From Okamejei kenojei (taxonomy: Eukaryota): a stretch of 64,000 bases of DNA. The notes below the pieces were generated by a model that was given only the letters and a program-made list of their open reading frames with translations, had not been told where the DNA came from and made no database searches. The position numbers and the translations under genes are program-made. How positions within the stretch are numbered: the first letter of the stretch is position 1; each line of letters opens with the position of its first letter. Below are positions 51,001 through 63,000 of the stretch, piece after piece. The stretch is from assembly GCA_035221665.1 (NCBI GenBank), contig CM069151.1, positions 19,096,001 through 19,160,000 of the forward strand, read 5' to 3'.

Positions 51001-54000
51001 ACTTAATACTTACGACACAAGTCCGGTGTTCTCCAATTAATACAAACTCCAGCTTTATTACAAGCTTCTGCATACACAGCTACAGCAGTGCAGAAGCCCA
51101 GATATTTCCCTTCCATGTCACAGGCACAAGCTTCTTCAACACAAGCATCATAATATGGGACTGGGTCGACCTGATACAGTGCATGACCATAATGTTAGAA
51201 ATAAGGTTTTGCATACAGATTTAATTTATTTAGTTCAAAATAAACTATCTCACCTTTTTATGGCAATTTTGAAACACAACATCCTTCATTATGCTGCATC
51301 TCCTCTGAGCCCATGCTAAACAGTATGGGTTTCTATCGCAAGGAAATGTTTGATTCACTATATCTGAACAAGACAATGACGATTTCCAGCTGTTTCCAAA
51401 TTTTACAGTATTGGTCACCAAAGAATTTCCTTTTGTTTTTAGATCATCTGCAACATCGTCATTGAAATTTCCACACAGTCCACATACATTATCCTGCAAG
51501 TGAAAATACATTATTATAATGTTCTGACTGAGAAATTCCATTGGGCTATTCAATCTGCAGTTGTAAATTCGAGACAAAACCAAAAATTAAATGCAAATGA
51601 TAGAGACTGGACTCTCCACCAATGACCAGCTTAGAGATGGAGGCCTGCAGAGCTCGTGTGGAATTTTAGTGGCCTAACAGTTGACAAAAACATCTAATTT
51701 CATGTTGTCATATCTTCTTATAATAAATTCCTGTCCCAGCTATGATAGTCTTGAATCAACAGTTTCACGTTTTCCAACTCCTTTATTGCAAACAACCTCT
51801 TATACTCCAACCAATTCTATTTCTTAGCTTCTTAAATTCTCTAACTTTTGCTATTTAAACAAAATAAAAATAAAACTATTTACCAGAATACTTTTTGTAT
51901 TAAATCGGCATTGAAGTTTAAAATCGGCTGACCCGACAAGAAAGTTGAAAAAAAATGCACTATATACTCGGCTGCTCAGGCAGCATTCGGGGAGGACAAA
52001 ACAGTGAACATTTCACCTAATGGTCATTCATCAGCATCAATCCAGCAACTATATTTTTAATTTTGCTTTTCTATGATGGAGTCAAATGCATTTTCGCTGC
52101 AATTTTCAACAATGTACAATAAAAACAGAGAACATGTTTAATTAAGATAACCTAATATATATTTATATTGTACATATTTACTTAAGATTATTGTAAATAA
52201 TATGCTGAATGCTGGAATGAAAGCTATTGCAGCATGCAATGTATATTTATTTCTGCTAGAGATTAAGTTCATGATATATTTATTTATATCCCATCTATGA
52301 ATATTCATGAGCATTCTAGAAACGTGATTGGTCAATCGCTATTCGACGGACCAAAAATAAATCGCACTACCTCCGATTAGTTTTTGCTATTTTCTCCTGG
52401 GCAGCACTGCGCATGCTCTTTTTACTATTTTCTTCCTTGGTAAAACTGTGCATGCTCAAAACATCGGTCACGAAATTTTCTTCAATTCGAACCACGAACG
52501 CGCAGACGACAATGCTGCAGCAGTACAGCGAGACTGGACGCAAATCGTGGCATGGAAAACTTGCGAGATATGAGAAAAACTGATCTTATCCTGCATAGTT
52601 CAGATTCAGAGGCAGAATTCTTCACTTTAATTGATAAATCTACAAAAAATCACGATTTATTGTCTGTACTTTTTATTTTTATTATATTTTATTTTTATCA
52701 GATGTTATGAAGGGATATAAAACAAATATACCAAGCTTTTAGTTCAAAAGTATAGTGGGAATTATCTATCTTCGGAGGGACTGTCAATAGTTACTATTTT
52801 TTCCTCGGGGCTTCGCCCCTCGGAAAAAATAGTACTATGCCAGTCCCTCCTCAGATAGATAATTCCCACTATACTTTCTCACAGCTTGGTATATTTGTTC
52901 ATTATTGTTAACCACATGAAAAAATGCAAGCATAAATATCTAATCTCTAAACCATCCTTACTTTCCATCTTGGGTCCAATGTTATCGAAAACTTTGTGTG
53001 TCTATCCCATATCACAACGATCCCATTTGAAAATGAGAGGATTAAATAAAGTCCGACCGTGTGAAATGAATAAGAATTATCTCGGCACTGGGTTTGACGG
53101 GATTTACCAGTCCTTACCACTCTCCCATCAGTTAGAAGAAATTCTACATCCTAAAGATAAGAAGTCACAATAAGTTCTTAACATATTCATAATGATGTGC
53201 AAATTCAGATATCCCTCATAAAAACTAATTTAATATTTTAAAAGTATACAGTGACAAAATTTATAATAAAATACAGATCCCCCTCCCCTTCACTCCAGTA
53301 ATACATGCTATTCCAATCTGTTTTGTTTGTTCTCAACCTGAAACTTGTGTACATTTGCAAGTAGTTCTCATGTCTACTTTTTGTTTTTTAAGCTGCATCC
53401 TCTGACCCTCCCTCAGCTTTGAAAGCACCTATATTATTGATGTATTCAAGAGAGAGTTAGAGAAAGCTCTTAGGGCTAAAATAATCCAGGGATATGGGGA
53501 GAAAGCAGGAACGCGGGACTGATTTTGGATGATCAGCCTTAATCATATTGAATGTTGGTGCTGGCTTGAAGAGCCAAACGGCCTACTCCTGGACCTATTT
53601 TCTATGATTCTATGTTCCATGTTTCTATGAAATATTGTAGCTTCTACTTCTTGTCAAGTTCTAGGCTTTGTTGCCACTATGCCAGGGCGAATAGCCAGGC
53701 GGAGAGAATAGTCATTGAACTGTATGAAGCACATGGATGTGAGAGGGCCACACAAGGTCAGCCCAGCAGGAGGAGGAGGACTGGAGTTAGGATGTAATGA
53801 GGAATTCACCAGGAAAGATGTATTTCTACTTAATTCCAGACATGGATTGTGAAAGGGTGATTTAGGTATGATCTAAATACAAAATAGATGCTTCCACTTC
53901 TGAAATGTGCTGCATGATTTGGGCATATAATAAAAAAATCATAACTTAAGTTCAGGATATTTGTCAGATTGGCAACACCCTGGCCATACACAGCAGGTAA

Positions 54001-57000
54001 CAACTCTTTTCAGGACCAGAACTATCTTGCTGCCTTAACCTGGATTCAAGGACTTCTAATTAACCAGAATCCACAGTGTTATGAGGCATTACGAACTTGG
54101 TGTTGCCTCGAAAATGCAATGGAGGCTATTCTAACTTAAGGAGGCTTGGTTTACATTTTTTCTGAATGTTTATTATATTATTTATTGTGTGGTAAATGTG
54201 TATTTTGGTGGTTGAAGAAAACATTGACTGGTTTAGAAAGCAACATGCTGCTAAATTAATTTTGGGGGTGATAGGATTGACTAATTCTTAAGTGGAGGGA
54301 TTGTATACTTTTCCCAGAGTGAAACCTTTTCATCTTTTAAAGTATAGGGGGTTCTTTTTAACTTGAGATGGTGACAAGACTTTGGCCCAGTTGTACAGAT
54401 GCAATGTGGTTAAAAAGTAAATGTGATAAAGTAGTAAAGGGTTTCTGTAACATTTCAACCCAACTTGAATACTCCACTGATCTATTCACATCTATTTCCT
54501 CACACCCCATGATTACATAGATACAAATAAAATAGATACAAACAAACAGATCAAAGTCAAATTTAAAGATACAGACCGCAAACAAAATTTTGATATTTCT
54601 TGAGCAGGTCACTCCATTTTCGCAACATGGAACACTTTCTATTAATATTTGGAATGTCCCTTCTCCTTGGTTGCAATGGTCCTAAATAGAAAGATACAAA
54701 CAAATATGGCTTAAGGCTGAAAAAAGGCTTTCACATCTTCTTGTTGTGAGCCCATGAGATTGAACTTCTGCTTCCGAAGTTGATGCTTTTTCAATTCCGA
54801 ATTAACTCACTAATATTTCACAAACAAAAATGGCAGAGAAGTGAGTTGCTCTTGGCCAATCAGAATGATTGGAATGGGCGGTGAAAGATGGAGAGAACGT
54901 TGCTCCTCACTAAAGTTTGGAGCTAGACAGAATTGATGGATTCAGATGATCACAACTGGTATTGTTTTTATTTTGTTGCATCATAGCAAAATTATAGATG
55001 ACACGTAATTTACAAAATTTAACTGCTCAAAAATGTATGCATTATTTTAGTATTTCATGATCTTGTTATTTTAACCAATGGTGTCCACCCATCATTTGAG
55101 ACCTGGTAGCTACCACTATTGTCTTGGCTTACATATTCACTAATTATGCAGAATTACCCAGGAGTGGCCACAAATGGAAAGACGACTATTCTAATTCCTC
55201 TCAGCAGCATTTACCATTTTTTCACAACATGCAAAAATCAGTGTTAAAGAAGGAACTGCAGATGCTGGAAAATCGAGGGTACACAAAAGGCTGGAGAAAC
55301 TCAGCGGGTACAGCAGCATCTAAGGAGCGAAGGAGATAGGCGACGTTTCGGGTCGAGACCCGTCTTCAGACATCAGTGTTGTTGGCCCAAAACATAACCA
55401 TTCACTCTCTAACCTTAACTCCGCCATAGGTGCTCATTCACTTTGAACTTTCTGCTCATTCACTTCTTGAAACTCTCTGCCAACTCTCCAAATTTCATAT
55501 ATATTTAAGGAGGGGGGGGGGGAGTTGCACAAATGCAAGTTGTCAGCAAGCACTCCGAGAGGTAACAATTTCAGCAAATCTGGAATCAGATGCAGATGTG
55601 AAGCCTGTTCAATGCGTTAAATCACAGGGTAAAGGAAGCAGAAAGGGGAGAATGGATTGCAGGACAAATACCAGAGAGTCAAAATAAATATGCTATAGAA
55701 AGCATGAAGAGAATGCGTGAAAGAGTTAAAAGGGGTAAAAAAATATAGCCACACAAGAACATGGGACAAAACTGATAGCAAGATGAGAAATGGATGGTGT
55801 TAAGAGGAAAGAATGGGTGGGAGGAAAAGAGAAGGCTGTGATTCTAGTCAGGGAAATAGAGGAGGGAGTAAGGAATGAGAGATGGAAAATTAAATCTATG
55901 TCAAAGAAAGAATGTAACTGGATTGCAGCAATAGGAAGTAGTAGGAAATGGACTGCTAAAAAGAAGAGGGATAGAGCAGATGTAGAGAATAATACATTGC
56001 TGGGAAATACAGAAGGAGCCAAGCACATATGAAGAGCAATCAAATAGTAATTCCTTTTATTACTACAACAGTGACATTTATTGTAGTTCACTCCAGTATA
56101 ACATGGTTGCCTTTTCACATTGCTCTTGTAAAAAACCTGTGACCAGAATGTGCAGCAAACTTAATCACTTTGTCCTATTTTCATGGACATGTTTATTTCT
56201 ATCTTCATATACTAAACTTGAAAAGGAATGGGGTTATTTGATATCTATGAAATGCATGCTGAGAAATGAATTAAATGATATGAAGAAATACAAATTAAGA
56301 ACGTTGCCACTGGGTTTAGAAGCAGAATGATATTTGTTTATATATTTAATATATTACTCTGCAGTAACGCATATCAACCAATAGATAATCTTATTTAAAA
56401 TCTATTTCAACAGTTTATGAGAAGTATTTAAATACAGTCTTAATTGAACAGTATATTTGGTCACTTTTATTCTTATTTACCTCAACAAAAATATATTCAC
56501 AGTTGCCATCAAACATGTATCTTTTTCCATCAAAGGTTATGTACTGGCCATCTCCATGAACCTGGCAGGTCTTTGGACATGAATTTGTAGTGCATTTCCA
56601 TATTCCGGCATTGCATGTACTGTGGCAGAATAAACACAAGAAAATAATATTTTGATAGAAAATGTTTTATTGGAATCTTGCCTGCCGTAAACATTGACAA
56701 TATAACTGTCAGTTAATGGTAGCCGTACCTTCTGAGACTTTTACATAATGCCTCCCATTTGCGATACACTTAAGGTATAATATTGCCTCATCTCAATGGA
56801 GTAGATCTTTTTAGCATTCTGAAAATTCCACTGTGAAACATAATTTTTAAACCAGCTAAGAAGGCTGTGGAGGTCATGTCAATGGATATTTTTAGGGCAG
56901 AGATAGATTCTTGGGGTGTCAGGGATATTGGGGAGAAGGCAGGAGAATGGGGTTAAGCAAAAAGGATAGATCAGTCATCTTTGAATGACGGAGTAGACCT

Positions 57001-60000
57001 GATGGACTGAATGGACTAATTTTGCTCCTACCACATGAACGTGAATTATGAAGAACATATAACATTTTTTTGTATTGATACGATTCTATTTTCAAGGAAT
57101 GTATTATCAAGGAATGGTGACAGAAATAACAATATAATGGGAAAGTTTAAGCTTATATGAGGAGGGCTGAAGCATCAAACTAAACTACTTTATGTTAAGA
57201 TATTAATGTAATATCCAATGCAAATATTAATGTATTTATTTTAATGTCGGTCACTCTCACTTCACTGCCCATGACATTGTATGATATCTCTGCTACACTA
57301 AGATTTTAGTCCAGTCACTAACAGTCCCAATTGCCAGCATCCTGAACAAAAGTGGTGTCAGATCTATCCTACATGCGCCTTCCCTAGATCCTGCACACAT
57401 CCTGGACAGCTCCAGCCACCTAACTCAAGCCACACTTCTCATTCCGGTTCTCTCAACCGACCTCATCCCCAGCCTGTGGCTTATCTGGTTTTGAACCTCA
57501 TCCATAATTGCTACGAGGAAGCCTCACACAAACCTTGCCTGCACGTCCTGCCCAGTTTGTCAACATTTTGGGCAGCCTGTTTCTGTCATTGATAGAAGTT
57601 CTTCCACAAGCAGAATGGAGTCAGTAAAACGGATACAGATCCATATCATTGCTCTTTGGTCAATCCCAAAATAGCAGTGCAACTTTCCATCTAAATTTTG
57701 AATAACATTGCCTCACCATTGATTGCAGTCTCGCGGGATTGTTTTTCCAGCAGGATGCTTTTCTCCTCCAAACACACAAGGACACTGCTCAGGTCGGATG
57801 CATCTTCCACTGTCATCTTCCACAAGATTATCAGGACAGACACAGCCAGGAAAACACGTACTAAACACCTTTAAAATAAAACACCCTAATCAAGTTCACA
57901 CTTAGGGTGCATTGAGAAGCAAACGGTACAGATTCCCTTGGCTTTAAGCTCCAGACATTTTTGTAAGATCATTATTCACCGTAGGTTTAAGATTTAACTT
58001 GGATATCGGGCAAAGTTAATTGTATCCATCAATGAATGTATTTGAAGTTACGGAACAAAACAAAAAGTTGTGTGCTAAATTTGTTTTTTATATTTATGAT
58101 GTTATTGTTGGGTCAGAGGAGATAGAACTCTGCCCAGACACACAGAACCTGCTACTTATCATTGGGAGAGCCTAGCTATAAAACGTAGAAAGTTCACTAT
58201 ACTTCCAGAAAACAGCTTTATTAGTGTCACACCTATTGCAAATCTCAAGTAATTTGACAGCATATGGCGATGTTTAAGAAATGTTTAGGAAGGTACATGG
58301 ATAGGACAGGTTTAAAGGGATATGGGACAAATGTACTAGGGTAGATGAGACATGTTGACCGGTGTGGGCAAGTGGCAAATCAAGGGCATAAGGTAGTTTA
58401 AAACTTCAACGATTACCAAACCAAATGAATCATTTGTAGCAATTATTCAGTTCCGATTGTTGTAAATTATAGACCGCAATTCAACAAAGGAGTAAATACA
58501 GGAGGATTACTCACCTGAGGAATATTTCGATTTCTGCATGACTGTTTATTTACATTAGGGTTGGTGCAATCATTATATAGTTTTCCGTTCTGACATTCTA
58601 TGAAAAAAAAAATTTTTATTAAAGCAACAATTTCAATTGTTAATGTTGGTGGCACTGGATTAAATTGAAGCAGCTGCTCACCTCTACTGGGTGTAGGAGT
58701 GACCGGACAAAGAAGTTTCCCATTTTCACACTTACTGCATGAAGAAAGAGTGTTACATTTTGGCATGTATTTAATCATTTTGTCAAATGTCTGTAGAATA
58801 TGCTAAAGGACACTTACCAGCTTCTCCCATTCAGTGTAATACTCTGCCCTTTATTGACAACCATGTCACCAATGTAACACGGGCAGTCCAACTTGTCAAC
58901 ACAAGCTCCAGTGCCATCCATGTATTTTCCCTCAGGACAGCCGCAGCCAAAAACAGGAGTATCCTTGACTTCACAAATGTAATCGTACATTGCGAGTGAC
59001 CTACAGGTACGGTTGCAGGCTCTCATGTCATTGTCAAAGACAAGATTGTTGGTGCATGGTTTATCTGGAAAGAAATCCAACGTTTTCATTAGGATTGCAT
59101 GTTGTGATAAATTTCTAGCATATCGGTTTCATTTTCCCACTGAGTGTTGGAGAATCTTACATAGAAACATAGAAACATAGAAAATAGGTGCAGGAGTAGG
59201 CCATTCGGCCCTTCGAGCCTGCACCGCCATTCAATATGATCATGGCTGATCATCCAACTCAGTATCCTGTACCTGCCTTCTCTCCATACCCCCTTTAGCG
59301 ACAAGGGCCACATCTAACTCCCTCTTAAATATAGCCAATGAACTGGCCTCAACTACCTTCTGTGGTAGAGAATTCCAGAGACTCACCACTTCCTGTGTGA
59401 AAAATGTTTTCCTCATCTCGGTTCTAAAGGAATTCCTCCTTATCCTTAGACTGTGACCCCTTGTTCTGGATCTCCCGAACATCGGGAACAGTCTTCCTGC
59501 ATCTAGCCTATCCAACCCCTTAAGAATTTTATAACTTTCTATAAGATCCCCCCCCCAGTCTTCTAAATTCTAGCAAGTACAAGCCAAGTCTATCCAGTCT
59601 TTCCTCATATGAAAGTCCTGACATCCCAGGAATGAGTCTGGTGAACCTTCTCTGTACCCCCTCTATGGCAAGAATGTCTTTTCTCAGATTTGGAGACCAA
59701 AACTGTACGCAATACTCCAGGTGTGGTCTCACCAAAACCCTGTACAACTGCAGTAGAACCTCCCTGCTCCTATACTCAAATCCTTTCGCTATGAATGCTA
59801 ACATACCATTTGCTTTCTTCACTGCCTGCTGCACCTGCATGCCTACTTTCAATGATTGGTGTGCCATGACACCCAGGTCTCGCTGCATCTCCCCTTTTCC
59901 TAATTTGCCACCATTCAGATAATAGTCTACCCTCCTGTTTTTGCCACCAAAGTGGATAACCTCGCATTTATCCACATTATACTGCATCTGCCATGCATTT

Positions 60001-63000
60001 GCCCAGTCACCCAGCCTATCCAAGTCACATTGCAGCCTCCTAGCATCCTCCTCACACCTAACACTACTCCCCAGCTTAGCGTCATCCGCAAACTTGGAGA
60101 TGTTGCATTCAATTCCCTCATCCAAATCATTAATATATATTGTAAATAGCTGGTGTCCCAGCACTGAGTCTTGCGGTACCCCACTAGTCACTGCCTGCCA
60201 TTCTGAAAAGGACCCGTTTACTCCTACCCTTTGCTTTCTGTCTGCCAGCCAGTTCTCTATCCACATCAATACTGAACCCCCAATACCAATGCTTTAAGTT
60301 TGTATAGTAATCTCTTATGTGAGACCTTGTCGAAAGCCTTCTGAAAGTCTAGATATAACACTTCCACTGGTTCTCCCTTATCCACTCTGCTAGTTACATC
60401 CTCGAAAAATTCTATAAGATTCGTCAGACATGATTTACCTTTCGTAAATCCATGCTGACTTTGTCTAATGATTTCACCACTTTCCAAATGTACTGCTATC
60501 CCATCTTTAATAACTGACTCTAGCAGTTTCCCCACTACCGATGTTAGACTTGCCGGTCTGTAATTCCCCGTTTTCTCTCTCCCTCCTTTTTTAAAAAGTG
60601 GGATTACATTGGCTACCCTTCAATCCTCAGGAACTACTCCAGAATCTAAGGAGTTTTGAAAAATTATCACTAATGCATCCACTATTTCTGTGGCTACTTC
60701 CTTGAGTACTCTGGGATGCAGACTATCTGGCCCTGGGGATTTATCAGCCTTTAATCCTTGTGCATAAAAGTGAACAGAGTTAATGGTAAGTCGAGGGACA
60801 GAAGTTGGAAGTATTTAAATTGTGACGCTTTGCCATGACCAAGGAGGCATAATGGAACAGCTCTGGGTTTGCAATACTAAAGGAGAGATTGAACAAAAAA
60901 CAAACTGCTGGATAAACTCAGCAGCTTCAGCAACATCTGTGGAAAGAAACGGACAGACAACATTTCAGGTCAATGCCTTTCTTGAAGTGAGGGGAAAGGT
61001 TGGGCAAGAGCTGGAAAATTATAGGTGGATCTAGATAAGAGGTTATTGACAGATGATCAGGTGGGGGGGCAGTAATGATCCAAAGATTAACAGTGTGCGT
61101 GATGACCAAAATATCATAGAGCAGGGGATAGCAATTGGGTGACACAGGGTGGGAGGAGTGGAGTGGAAAAAAAGGTGTGCATGAAAGGATACGGTAGATG
61201 AGAAGGAGAGATGGGATGTGGGTGGGGGTTATCCAAAATTGGTGAAATTCTGTGTTCATCCATTTGGGTAGTCGTCCACTCAAGCAGAATATGAGGTACT
61301 ATTCTTCCACTTTGCATCTGGCCACACTCAGGTAATGGAGGAGGACAAAGTCAGACAGGAATGGGAAGGGGAATTGAAATTTGCTGGCAACTGTTTTTTG
61401 CATCAGATGGAGAGATAATGTCATGCTACTCGCCATGGATTCCACTGAGTGCAGAATAATTTATAAGAGGTTGGGAGGCAAATCACAATATAACCAACTT
61501 TTCATTGTATGACCAGCAGTGGGAACAGAGGTCGGAGTGAAATATACAAGAATATAAATGAGCTGACTGTCAGTAAGTTCTTTCTCCCTCAGCAGTGATC
61601 ACCTTGGATAAGCTGAAAATAGTCGTGTAGAGGCGGACACTCACCGGACCTTTAATCTAGAGACACAAGGAACCGCAGAAGCCGGAAACAGGAAAGAAAA
61701 TACACAATTTTCTAGAGGAATTCAGCAGGTCATCAGGACTGCATCAGGACTGGACCGACAGTCTGGATTCCTGCTTGTGACTAAGGCTGTTTTCAATGTA
61801 AGATAAAGTTTTTTTGTCGCTGATGCATTGTTGATGTGACCTAGATTTGTTCTGACTAGCTATGAGTGTTGGAGAGCAATTATCCCAATGGACAGGCAGA
61901 CGCAAACAAGACGATCGATCCTCCGTACACCCTTGCCGTGATATTTAGTTCCATTGATTACAAGAGTATTGTACAACTGATCTGAAAGGATAATCCACTT
62001 ACGTACATAGAACAGGTCAGCACCGCAACGGGCCCTTTGGCCAACAATATTTGTGCCAAGCATGCTGCCAAGTTAAACTGATCTCATCCGCCTGTACATG
62101 ATCCATATCCCTCTATTCCCTACAGTTCCATGTACTTATCTAAAAGCCACAAACACCACTATTGTATCTGCCTCCACCACCACCCTGGCAACACTTTCCA
62201 GGCCCCCACCACACTCTGCCCCACACATGTCCATTAAACTTTCTCCCTCTCACCATATAGCTATGCCCTCTAGTGTTGGACATTTCCACCCTGGGAAAAA
62301 GGTTCTGACTGCCTACCCTTTCTATGACTCTCTTAATTTTATATACTTGACAAGTCAATTTCAAACCTTCCCCAATAACTATTACATATTCTTAATTTAT
62401 ATCCCTAAATCCAACAAGTGGCAACTTACTGCAAATGTTTCCTCTCCATTTTCTCACGATAACACCATTAGCAGCACACTCATGGACGTATGTTCCCAAG
62501 GCAGCACACAGGCAGTCATTGATATTCTCACAGGCACAGGTAGCTGCCACACACATCTAAATAAATGTTCATAGTTACAACAGCTGGATATTTTTGAAAA
62601 TTGTAAGTGCAATACAATTCTTTACTTCCACAGTATGAGATCAAAGATGGCGCTCTTTGTGTGCCAGTCACAGAAGTAGATCTGCAATCACACATTACAA
62701 TCGCTCCACTGTACCGAGGTACATTTGACAATAAACTAAACTCAAATGCAAACTCAAATTTATTTAACCAAATTATTTAATATACAAAACCAAATCGAAA
62801 ACATAATTTTAAAAACAAATAGTTATACTGCAGGTTTATAAACTATGAATTGATATTGTCTTTGATGACAAGCTAATCATTTTTCTTGATCATTTCATTC
62901 CTCAGCGAAGAACATGTCAGACATATTGTATAATAGATTTAATCTATTGCACCACAACTTAAGTAGCAGGTCTAGAAACTTAATTTTCTGTCAACAACAA

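Noticed and set aside
59529-60535. RT ORFs as a functional or domesticated gene
   Set aside because: 5'-truncated, frameshifted CR1 copy with altered motifs (PQDS); an ordinary dead insertion.
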